The notes below the pieces were generated by a model that was not told the DNA's origin, ran no database searches, and was given only the letters and a program-made list of their open reading frames with translations. From NCBI GenBank assembly GCA_015231955.1, contig JADGAN010000027.1, positions 7,582 to 71,581 of the forward strand: DNA of 64,000 nt. The letters run 5' to 3'. This document shows positions 43,330 through 52,012 of this stretch, one piece after another. Numbering within the stretch: the stretch's first letter is position 1; each line of letters begins with the position of its first letter. The translations under genes were made by a program, and so were the position numbers. Source of the DNA: Oligoflexia bacterium (GTDB lineage Bacteria; Bdellovibrionota; Bacteriovoracia; Bacteriovoracales; Bacteriovoracaceae).

Positions 43330-45636
43330 ATGAATGCAACAAAATTGTTTTATGGTATAGCGCTGCCGCTCGTGCTTATCGCAATAGGAGTAAGCTGTGG
43401 ACTAACTCCCAATCATCAAACAGGAGTTAATAGTTTTACCGCCGGAAATTACGAGGATGCCAAAAACTATTTGCAAGCGGCAAAACAAGAGGGCCAAGAC
43501 GATGAAGAGCTTTTGCTCATGCTTTCTGATAGCAAATTTAAAGTAGCAGAGAGCGAGTATCAAAAAGCACAAGCAGCAATCAGTTCTAGTGGCAATGATC
43601 TTACTACCATATTAGCGCATCTTACGCGGGCCAAAGAAGAAGCGGAGGGATCGCTTGCAGAGTTAGAGCAGTTAAGCAAAGATAGCAAAGCTGCTGAAGC
43701 ACAACAGCTCGATCCCAAACGAGAGTTGTTAGAAAAGATCAAGCTGGCATGGGAAGAGAAGAGTAAAAAGAGACAAGAGATCGTTTCCACCGCCCATCAA
43801 TTGCAAGCAATGGCCAATACAAAAAAAAATGTCGAAAAAACTTACGTGGAGTTTACTGCGACCACTGCTCCCTACAAAGAGTATGTTCCAGAAGTGCAAG
43901 AAAGCTATCTTTTCATTGAACAAGCATTAATAAACGAGCTAGAAAAAAATGGTTTCACGGCACTAGACTCCTCTCAATTAAATGACGCTAGAAAAATTTT
44001 TGAAAAATTACAAAACTATTTCCCTAGTGGAAACGGTAACCTCAAAGCACAAGAAGGATTACTTTGTCTAAAATCACAAGAGCTTTACCAGAAGAAAGAT
44101 TATAGGGGATCCTATGAGGCACTGTTAGCAGCAAAGAGAGTGAATACAAACTCTCCTTATGTTGCCCAATATGCGCCCAAACGCTTACAAGAGGTGATCA
44201 AGCATGAAACACAACAAGCGTTGCGAAGAAGTAAAAATAAAGAAAAGAGTGTGCTTTCGCTTTTTAGCTCTCTAGATAGTTACCATTTTCTACTCTCTCT
44301 TGAAGGAGTTAGTGAAGAACAAAAAAACACTTTTACCAAAGAGATCACAACTTTGCGTAGAGAGGTTGCAACCACTTTAGTGGATCGAGCAAAAAAGATG
44401 CAACAGACCGCTCCACCCTTGGTGTGGGCACTCTTACAGCTGGCCTGGCGTTTTGATCCTTCCGTAGCAGAAAAACAGCAACCCCTCATGAGTGAGGCCA
44501 TCGATTGGATTAAGGCAAAAAGAGAGCTTAAGCTATTGGTGTTTGTAAAAAGTCGTCCAGAATTAGCACAACTACCTGGATATAACTCGGAGAGCAAAGT
44601 AAAACAACAATTAATTCCTCCCCTCCCCTTCCCCAGTGATTGGCCAATCCCGCTTACAATCAAACTAGCGGGAGAAGTTTTGCCAGCAGAGTATTTGGCC
44701 ACAGTTAATACCACCCAAGATTTAGCAACAAGAGCACCCGCCGCCATTAAACAAAAACTCTCAGAGAGCGATGCACTGATGTGGATAACTATTCTTGAAA
44801 GCAAAGTTGAAGAGTATGGGCAAAATCAACCCAATTACAAAAACTCTACCTATATTTCAGGAACACGCACAGTGGATAATCCAGAGTGGTTTACCGCTCA
44901 ACAAGAATACAATTCAGCTCAACAAGAGTACAACAACAATTATCAATACACGCAACAACTAGCGAGTAGGTGTAATAGCATGAGCAATGCTTTTGCCGCC
45001 ACTCTTTGTAATAGTTCTATCAATGCCATCAGCTCTTCACGCCTTGATAATGCCCGCGCACGCTTTAACTCTACTCCACGTTACATTCAAGAAAATATCA
45101 GCAGTGAATACAGCTATCGCTACTATAAAGTTGGCGTAAATGTCTCTATGAAAGCAGAAGTTAAATACCTTGATTCCAAAAACCAGAGAAGCTTAGAACC
45201 TAAAATTATTGAGTACAACATTGCCAACAAAGAGGGAGAAATCTTGGAAGGGGTACAACCTAGTGACTTACAAGGTTTGAAAAATGGGCGCAATAATGTC
45301 CCCGATCCTCAAGTAGAAAAAACGGCGGCACAAAATCAGCTCATTAGCGACTTACAAGCTGAAATCAAGGCCATCGTGGCAAAAGAAAATGGACTACGTT
45401 TTTGTCTTCACGCTACTAAAAATTCGCATACCAGTAAAAAAATTGCGAATGCACCTTACTTAAGTAACTTACAACTCTGCCTTCTCTTTAGCAAAAATGC
45501 GCAAGCAGCACAAGAGATAGAAAAGCTCAAAGAGGCACAAAAAGAGTTAGAACACTTTTTACAAGTAACCCCCGATGATCTTCAAAAATATGCACTCCAT
45601 GACAATAATAGCAGCATCTGGACACTAGACCCCTAA
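43330..45636 (+). CDS. large secreted or possible lipoprotein, helical/coiled-coil rich
   Basis: MNATKLFYGIALPLVLIAIGVSCG signal with Cys (non-canonical lipobox). TPR/coiled-coil-like composition. No family recognised. Confidence 0.7.
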   Translation: MNATKLFYGIALPLVLIAIGVSCGLTPNHQTGVNSFTAGNYEDAKNYLQAAKQEGQDDEELLLMLSDSKFKVAESEYQKAQAAISSSGNDLTTILAHLTRAKEEAEGSLAELEQLSKDSKAAEAQQLDPKRELLEKIKLAWEEKSKKRQEIVSTAHQLQAMANTKKNVEKTYVEFTATTAPYKEYVPEVQESYLFIEQALINELEKNGFTALDSSQLNDARKIFEKLQNYFPSGNGNLKAQEGLLCLKSQELYQKKDYRGSYEALLAAKRVNTNSPYVAQYAPKRLQEVIKHETQQALRRSKNKEKSVLSLFSSLDSYHFLLSLEGVSEEQKNTFTKEITTLRREVATTLVDRAKKMQQTAPPLVWALLQLAWRFDPSVAEKQQPLMSEAIDWIKAKRELKLLVFVKSRPELAQLPGYNSESKVKQQLIPPLPFPSDWPIPLTIKLAGEVLPAEYLATVNTTQDLATRAPAAIKQKLSESDALMWITILESKVEEYGQNQPNYKNSTYISGTRTVDNPEWFTAQQEYNSAQQEYNNNYQYTQQLASRCNSMSNAFAATLCNSSINAISSSRLDNARARFNSTPRYIQENISSEYSYRYYKVGVNVSMKAEVKYLDSKNQRSLEPKIIEYNIANKEGEILEGVQPSDLQGLKNGRNNVPDPQVEKTAAQNQLISDLQAEIKAIVAKENGLRFCLHATKNSHTSKKIANAPYLSNLQLCLLFSKNAQAAQEIEKLKEAQKELEHFLQVTPDDLQKYALHDNNSSIWTLDP

Positions 45637-45652
45637 ACACCAGAGCGAAAAA

Positions 45653-45705
45653 GGGGCCAGCACACTTTTATTAACAAACCTAGTTAACGAAAGTGTGCTG
45701 GCCCC
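45653..45705. repeat. long perfect hairpin (16-bp stem plus inner 5-bp stem)
   Basis: GGGGCCAGCACACTTT (45653-45668) pairs with AAAGTGTGCTGGCCCC (45690-45705). The loop contains TTAAC/GTTAA. No T-tail follows. Lies between the 43330 gene stop and the start of ankyrin paralog B. Confidence 0.8.
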
Positions 45706-45731
45706 AATGCCCACATGAGGAGGATGTCTAT

Positions 45732-47456
45732 ATGTACAAAAAGAAGAGAGTTCTTTGTTTCATCTGGCGATTTAATTCCATGAGATTACTATTGTGGATA
45801 TTTGGACTATCTATTTGTCCTATCACATGTATTTGGTCCATAGACTATTATCAAGGAGCAGATTCATGTAGGGATTCTAAAGAAAAGGAGAGAACAACGG
45901 CACCAAAATCTCCATACCGATTTTTATCCGACAAAAAACAAAGCCAAGGAAGTACAGGGACTTGCTCTTTTCATGCAGGAGCTGTGGTTCTTGAGGCGCT
46001 TATCAATTTGCAACAACCTTCCCCAGAACCAGTTGGCATAAGTGTCGTCGACGCCATGGAACAGCTTGGTCATTGTTCTAAAAAACAGATTGAGTCCGCT
46101 AAAACAAGTCCCGTTAAATTTCTTTTAGACATGAGAAAAAAATCAAGTGTCAGGCCCTATGAAAAGAGTGTCGAGCAGCACTACGGCGAACTTTGCACTA
46201 ATGAGATCCATAAAATTTCTCAACCCATTCCACAAAATACGGTTGATAATTTTTTACAACTTGAAGGAAAAGTGAGCGAATTAGGCCAATCGAATATTCC
46301 TATTCCCAAATATAACATTGAGACTTGGGATCTTAAGGAAGATGATAAACCAGAGAAAATATCGGAAGACCTTATCTCCTATTTCAACCAAGAAGGTGCA
46401 CTGCCACTGGCTTTTACGACTTGCATGGAGGATGATAAAAGAAGTGGAGTTTGCTTAAAGCCCCATGCAATAACACTGGTTGGAGTAAGAAAAGTCATTT
46501 GTAGTGACGGAAAATTTTTTTATACAGGAATATTCAAAAACTCGTGGGACAGAGCAGTGAAAATGCTTAATTTAACTACAGTGCTTAATGGAATGATAAA
46601 ATATAAGATGGGGTATTCTACAGTTCGTCCATGCAAAGACGCTGAGTGTTTAGACCCACCTATTTTGGATACGATGAAATCAACCAGACTTTATCACTTG
46701 GCCGATGCGGGGGACCTCGATGGCATCAAAAAAATCTTTAAATCAGGCGAGGATGTGAATGTTCCTGGTTCGTATGGACGCACTCCTCTGTACTGCGCAA
46801 CTTCGGCGAGAAATATAGAGGTGGCGAGATACTTGCTTACTCAAGGAGCAGATCTGAATATCGCTGCAAGTAATGGATTTACTCCTCTGAGGGATGCTGC
46901 TCTCTCAGGGGATCTAGAAGGAGTTAGATTTTTAGTAGAGAACAAAGCAGACATCAACAAGGCAGATAGCAATGGCAGGACTCCTCTGCTTAATGCTGTG
47001 TACTCAGGTAACGTAGAAGTAGTTAAATACTTGCTAGAGAAAGGAGCAGATCCGAATATGCTGGATAATGCTGGATGGACTCCACTGCATTATGCTACGG
47101 CCGCGGGTCATCTAGATATCGTCACACTTTTGCTAGAGAACAAAGCAGAAATTAACCAGGCAGATGGCCAAGGTATAACCCCTCTGTTTAAAGCTATGTC
47201 AGCTTCACCAGAGGTGCTGAAATACTTGCTTGAGCATAAAGCAGATCCGAATATGCAGAGTAATGGATGGACTCCGCTGAATTCTGCTGTGGCCGTAGGT
47301 CGTCTAGATATCGTCACACTTTTACTAGATAACAAAGCAGACATCAACAAGGCCGATGCTAGCGGCATGACTCCTTTGCATTATGCTCGAAATGGAGGTC
47401 GTCAAGATATAGAAAAATATTTGCTTGATCATGGAGCTAAGGACGGCCCCCCATAA
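45732..47456 (+). CDS. secreted papain-like cysteine-peptidase-like domain fused to about 7 ankyrin repeats (paralog B)
   Basis: QGSTGTCSFHAG (Gln 6 residues before Cys), PHAITLVGV and FKNSWD correspond to the papain Q/C/H/N(SW) positions. C-terminal ANK repeats. Start set at the ATG at 45732. Confidence 0.8.
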   Translation: MYKKKRVLCFIWRFNSMRLLLWIFGLSICPITCIWSIDYYQGADSCRDSKEKERTTAPKSPYRFLSDKKQSQGSTGTCSFHAGAVVLEALINLQQPSPEPVGISVVDAMEQLGHCSKKQIESAKTSPVKFLLDMRKKSSVRPYEKSVEQHYGELCTNEIHKISQPIPQNTVDNFLQLEGKVSELGQSNIPIPKYNIETWDLKEDDKPEKISEDLISYFNQEGALPLAFTTCMEDDKRSGVCLKPHAITLVGVRKVICSDGKFFYTGIFKNSWDRAVKMLNLTTVLNGMIKYKMGYSTVRPCKDAECLDPPILDTMKSTRLYHLADAGDLDGIKKIFKSGEDVNVPGSYGRTPLYCATSARNIEVARYLLTQGADLNIAASNGFTPLRDAALSGDLEGVRFLVENKADINKADSNGRTPLLNAVYSGNVEVVKYLLEKGADPNMLDNAGWTPLHYATAAGHLDIVTLLLENKAEINQADGQGITPLFKAMSASPEVLKYLLEHKADPNMQSNGWTPLNSAVAVGRLDIVTLLLDNKADINKADASGMTPLHYARNGGRQDIEKYLLDHGAKDGPP

Positions 47457-47579
47457 AAGAAGGATCTTTATGGCCCTTGTTGCAACAAAAGAGGGAGATG
47501 AGGAAAAATCAGCGTGTCGGTTCCTTTGTTGTAAAGCGACCCCTCGCCTCTAGAGATAATCGCCACTGTTTACCTGGGG

Positions 47580-47609
47580 AGAGTCCCATTAGTCGGCTGG
47601 CACTTTTTT
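47580..47609 (+). repeat. REP-like 30-mer, second exact copy
   Basis: Identical to 36109-36138. Lies between the stop of ankyrin paralog B (47456) and the stop of the minus-strand FecR-domain gene (47614). Confidence 0.85.
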
Positions 47610-47613
47610 ATTT

Positions 47614-49116
47614 TTACTTTGTAACTCGCGGAGACTGAGTAGTAGTAATTGTTGTTGCTGTTGTGCCTGGGGTATTAGTTATCGTACCTCCAGTATTGAC
47701 AGTGGCCCCTTCCCTGTTACTAACAGGATTACTAACAGGGGAAGTGGTGGGGATGTTGGTAGTGGTAATAGTAGTAGTAGTAGTAGTAGGGACTGTGCTA
47801 AGAGTTGGATTTGTTCTTGTCGTATTGACAACAGGTTTTGGAGGAGGAGGAGGTGGTGGTGGTGGTGACTGTTGCTCCTGAACACCTAATACTGGCGATG
47901 GAGGCGTTGGCAATTGCACCCTTTGAGTTACGACCGGAGCAGCGGCCGGTGGCCTGGTATCTCTTTTCTCTTCTTCTCGCTGCAGACCTTCGCGTTTTTG
48001 TTCTGTCACTTTCATCTGCTCTTGGATCTGTTGAATATTAGCACGTATCTCCTCTTTGCGCTTGATCTCATCGACACTTCCTTGCACCTCGATACTACTA
48101 TTAATCCTCTGGTTGCTCTCAAGTACCTGCTGATTTTTCTTCTCGCGCTCTAACATTTGTCGATTTCTCTCCATCTCTTGCATCAATCTTTGCTCTTGCA
48201 AGGATCGCTCTACTTTTTTCTTTTCCAGCTCCCTGGTAATATCTGTGCGCATTTTCTCTTGCAACATGGTCATTCCATCAACATATTCACGTTTTTGCAG
48301 TTGGGGTTGAGCTTGTGTTTGAGCTGGATTCGCTGTTGTTGATCCCGATTTTTTTATTAAAAGTTTAGAAAGATCCACTTCAAGTCTCTCTTTCAGCGCC
48401 TCTGGTTTCAACCGAATCGGAACTGGTACACTGCTGGAAGCACCTCGAAGCTCTGTCTGTTGTTGCTTTTTGACTAATGCCAAACTATCGCCTTGCCGAT
48501 TAAGCTCCTTATTAAGTTCTCGCTCCATGGCCATTTTGGAGATACCACTTGCGCCCATCTTCACCGCCGCGATCGCTACCACTCCACTAAAGGTTGTAAG
48601 CGAAGTTAGTTGTTTACGTTCATCAAACTCCACTTGAAAATCGGTGCCTCTTACTCCCATCGCCGCATTGGCAGTCACCATAAAAAAACGGTGGCGAACT
48701 TCCTGCTCACCCTCTTTTTCAGCACCTTCTTTACTATTATTTAGCTTTCTTACCTGGGAGCGAATCTTTCCACTAATTAATCTCACAATGCTGGTCGAGC
48801 TGGCACTCGTTCCCAATACCGGAATCTTCATCTTGGAATTTTTTCCAATCACCATGATGGTTTCATCGTCAAGTTTGATCTTGGCCACACCATTATCTCC
48901 CGTAGCAATGACATCATTTTCAGAGACCACCTCTCCGATTGCCAGCGGTGTAGTCTCTTGATTAGAGTTGCTCTTGACAAAGACCTCTCCTCGTACCATC
49001 AGCACTTTGGCATAACCACCACCTGAAGTAGCAGTAGCAGCAGCAGCAGCAGCAGCAGTATAAGCAATGGTTGCGCTCAAGCACATAGCAATTAGCAAAA
49101 CCAATAGTCGTCCCAT
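47614..49116 (-). CDS. secreted FecR-domain protein with coiled-coil, poly-Pro and Thr-rich C-terminal regions
   Basis: Signal peptide. GEVFVKS...LAIGEVVSENDVIATGDNGVAKIKLDDETIMVIGKNSKMKI resembles a FecR domain. Also PPPPPPPPPP and TTTTTITTT tracts. Confidence 0.7.
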   Translation of the reverse strand: MGRLLVLLIAMCLSATIAYTAAAAAAATATSGGGYAKVLMVRGEVFVKSNSNQETTPLAIGEVVSENDVIATGDNGVAKIKLDDETIMVIGKNSKMKIPVLGTSASSTSIVRLISGKIRSQVRKLNNSKEGAEKEGEQEVRHRFFMVTANAAMGVRGTDFQVEFDERKQLTSLTTFSGVVAIAAVKMGASGISKMAMERELNKELNRQGDSLALVKKQQQTELRGASSSVPVPIRLKPEALKERLEVDLSKLLIKKSGSTTANPAQTQAQPQLQKREYVDGMTMLQEKMRTDITRELEKKKVERSLQEQRLMQEMERNRQMLEREKKNQQVLESNQRINSSIEVQGSVDEIKRKEEIRANIQQIQEQMKVTEQKREGLQREEEKRDTRPPAAAPVVTQRVQLPTPPSPVLGVQEQQSPPPPPPPPPKPVVNTTRTNPTLSTVPTTTTTTITTTNIPTTSPVSNPVSNREGATVNTGGTITNTPGTTATTITTTQSPRVTK

Positions 49117-49144
49117 GAAAAGCTCCTTTGCTTACTTTTTTGCT

Positions 49145-49171
49145 CTATCGGAAAGAATTCACTTAAAATTA
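49145..49171 (-). promoter_or_regulatory. sigma-28-like promoter candidate TAAT-N15-TCCGATAG
   Basis: Minus-strand reading; the -10 element ends 28 nt upstream of the ATG at 49116. Confidence 0.4.
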
Positions 49172-49209
49172 AGTCCACTTTTTTCTCCCACCTCTATCGT
49201 TCTATAAAT

Positions 49210-49315
49210 GTAACTGCTCACACCCTTCAGCCATCTACCCTCTACCGGATGCTGAAAGTTGCTTAGCTAACAGCATTTGGTTGAGAGGTGAAGGTTGAGG
49301 GGTGTGAGCAGTTAC
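49210..49315 (-). mobile_element. 106-bp MITE, copy 4 (inverted orientation)
   Basis: Exact reverse complement of copy 1. Flanked by the 8-bp duplication CTATAAAT (49202-49209 and 49316-49323). Confidence 0.95.
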
Positions 49316-49394
49316 CTATAAATGATATTTATTGTTTTCTCGGAAAAAGTGCACTCCATTGAGATCTCTCTATTTGCTAGATAAAATAGAGATT

Positions 49395-50687
49395 ATGAAA
49401 AGATACTACACTCCTATGTTCCTTCTCCTCTTTTTTGCCTTGGCCGCTAGGATCAACAACGCCTTAGCTCTCGATTATTACGAAAAAATCAACTCCATTG
49501 TGGTTACTGCTTCTCCCGATAAAAAGCAGTTTATTATCGAGCGTGGAGCGGAGGATGGCATCGAGGTGGGTGATGTTGCCACCTTCTACTTTAACGACAT
49601 CGTTATTGCTACCGCCGTGGCGATCGCTCTTCGCAACGACCTCTCCGAGTGGGTACTCTATCGCTCTATGCGGCCACAATACCTTGTGGAAAATACTCCC
49701 CTCCATTTTGTAAGTATTTACGGTTCTCAAAAACCACACATTGAAAACTTACAGTATTGGCAAAAAAAATCGATCCTGCTGCAGATGTATAAGGAGATTA
49801 AGTCCAGGTATATTGATGAAGAAAAGCGCAAAGAGTTTGAATCGAGAAAGCTTCTCTATGAAAAGTATCAACTGCAAACCTACCAAGGCCTAGAATTTCC
49901 TGCGATGGGAGTTACTTTCAATGCCGCTCCCATCTCCTTTCGCTCTCCTAACAATGAGAGAACCATGAGCTATGGTGTTGAGCTTAAAAATTTAAATCAA
50001 GAAAAATATGTGTATGCTGGCCAATACAAATACAGCACCCTATCCTATACCTACAATGCTAACCGAGATAAATACTCCATTAGCAACTATGCCAGTAATC
50101 AAACTCTCGACCGCAAAGATTTGTGGAGAGAACAATACGACTACACCTCCCTCCTCCAGTATAAACAAGAGCGTACCGGAGTTTATTATCCTACCTATTA
50201 TCAAATCGACATCGGTCCTATCGGTATAAAGCGCAACTTTCTTCCTACAGAAAAAATACCGACACTCACTCTGGCCTATCTCCCGCTTCTGCAAATCTAC
50301 TCTGCGGATAAGCGTGAAGTGGAAAACACCTACTATTACCGCTACACTCGTCAAAAAGGCATCTACTGGCGCCACTGCCTACTTTTAAATATTAAAGCGC
50401 AACTTTCAGAACGCTTTTCTCTCGAAGATGCCTTCTCTTGGAAACCTTTACACGATTTTATTCATAGTAAAGTTGATATCAAAGACTCTGACTTAAAAAA
50501 TACGCTGCTCTTAAAATATGAAATCTACCCAAATATCTCCCTCTCCTATGCCAACACACTCACCTGGGATATTCGCAAGAAAAAAAATCTTCAAGCGGCC
50601 TCGACCGAATGGGAAAATAGTTTTTATATTTTTTATACGATGAATTTTGGTGGTGATGATAGCAAGAGGGAAGTCAACAAAGATTAA
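49395..50687 (+). CDS. hypothetical secreted protein, possibly an outer-membrane beta-barrel
   Basis: Signal peptide MKRYYTPMFLLLFFALAARINNALA. Tyr-rich alternating segments. Start moved from the TTG at 49332. Confidence 0.6.
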   Translation: MKRYYTPMFLLLFFALAARINNALALDYYEKINSIVVTASPDKKQFIIERGAEDGIEVGDVATFYFNDIVIATAVAIALRNDLSEWVLYRSMRPQYLVENTPLHFVSIYGSQKPHIENLQYWQKKSILLQMYKEIKSRYIDEEKRKEFESRKLLYEKYQLQTYQGLEFPAMGVTFNAAPISFRSPNNERTMSYGVELKNLNQEKYVYAGQYKYSTLSYTYNANRDKYSISNYASNQTLDRKDLWREQYDYTSLLQYKQERTGVYYPTYYQIDIGPIGIKRNFLPTEKIPTLTLAYLPLLQIYSADKREVENTYYYRYTRQKGIYWRHCLLLNIKAQLSERFSLEDAFSWKPLHDFIHSKVDIKDSDLKNTLLLKYEIYPNISLSYANTLTWDIRKKKNLQAASTEWENSFYIFYTMNFGGDDSKREVNKD

Positions 50688-50694
50688 TCTAGTA

Positions 50695-51858
50695 TTAGTA
50701 TTGCATTTTAAAAAGCACTGGTAGGTGATCGGAGTAACCAGCTTCATTTGCCTCATCAGCATTAAAGTTGTATCCGCGAGGGATTTTAATACCACGATAA
50801 TTAGTCGTGATAAAATCGGGTTTATAGATCGCAAAGGAGCAAGGAGTGGCCATCAGTCCTTTAATCGTCTTGGTACTTGCAGTCGCCAAGGCCACTACTG
50901 CATTAGTCGAAACCAAAATCTTGTCTAAACGATTCCAGGCACGATCTTTCTTATAATAGTAGGAGCCTGGATTTAAAATGCGTTGGTTACAACGACTGTT
51001 CCTGATATAACTCTCTTGCATATCGACCAAGTAAGCACTCTTCATGCTCTTGCTAGCTAACAGTGAATCAATGGGGTTGGGTTTCTCGGTTGGAGTGGTA
51101 TTAAAATCACCAATGCTTACAATCCGATGCTGGGAATTCTCACTTAGTCTCTCGGTAATCACGCTCTGCAAGAGCTTGGATGCTGTCATTCTTGCATCGG
51201 TAGGATTGCTTTGTGATGGCCAATGATTAACAAAGATGCTCAAAGGGTATTCACCTGCAACCTTAAATTGTACCTCTAGGATGTTACGAGTTGGTTTGCT
51301 ATCAAACCAGTCGCCTTCCACTCTATGCTCAAGATAATCCACATATTGAAGACCACGCTTCTCATTAAAGAGGAGGGCCACATTAATACCCCGCTCATCA
51401 GGACTATCACTAACAACATAATGGTCGTAACCAAGGGTGCGCGCTAGCTCGCGTACACTCTCTTCACTCTCTACTTCGGCCAACCCTAAAACATCGGGAA
51501 GATAGTGCCTCTCTCTTAAGATCACCTCTTTAATCTGGTTCAACTTTAAGTAAAAGCGACTCTCTGTCCAGTTGGTCTCCTTACACTCTTTGCGGTAATA
51601 AGGAACATTGATTGCAGCGCAATGCTCTTCTTTGCCTGTATAATCGAAGGGAAGAAAAGTCCAATCGTCCTTCCCATCACGATGGACAGTGTCAAACAAA
51701 TTTAAAACGTTATAAAACATAATCTCTAGACCACTCGTTATAGGCGTGGTGGCGGTGGGCACTGCTGCTGCCCCTCTTGCAGAGGCCTGAACAAAATCGA
51801 TGCTGCTGACAAGCATGAGTAGTGACAAGAATCCTAAGAGTTTTAACTTTGTTTTCAT
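50695..51858 (-). CDS. secreted endonuclease/exonuclease/phosphatase (EEP) family protein
   Basis: YNVLNLFD, GLAEVE, NHWPSQ, GDFN and SDHLPV motifs in EEP order. Signal peptide after the ATG at 51858. Confidence 0.85.
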   Translation of the reverse strand: MKTKLKLLGFLSLLMLVSSIDFVQASARGAAAVPTATTPITSGLEIMFYNVLNLFDTVHRDGKDDWTFLPFDYTGKEEHCAAINVPYYRKECKETNWTESRFYLKLNQIKEVILRERHYLPDVLGLAEVESEESVRELARTLGYDHYVVSDSPDERGINVALLFNEKRGLQYVDYLEHRVEGDWFDSKPTRNILEVQFKVAGEYPLSIFVNHWPSQSNPTDARMTASKLLQSVITERLSENSQHRIVSIGDFNTTPTEKPNPIDSLLASKSMKSAYLVDMQESYIRNSRCNQRILNPGSYYYKKDRAWNRLDKILVSTNAVVALATASTKTIKGLMATPCSFAIYKPDFITTNYRGIKIPRGYNFNADEANEAGYSDHLPVLFKMQY

Positions 51859-52012
51859 CTGTGAGTTTCCTTGGTTTGGGGTTTGGAGGAACACATGACT
51901 AAATAAATACACTTTTGCTTTACAGCTGAAAAGCACTTTTTAGCGATTTTTCGCAATTTTTTCCCATAGGTTATGCTTGCGAAAGATTTGGGGGCATGGC
52001 ACTTTGGAAAGT

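Noticed and set aside
47560-47600. CTGTTTACC next to the REP-like repeat resembles a stretch of 4.5S/SRP RNA.
   Set aside because: Only a 9-nt match. The conserved SRP domain IV motifs (GGAA...GCAGCC) and the helical context are absent.
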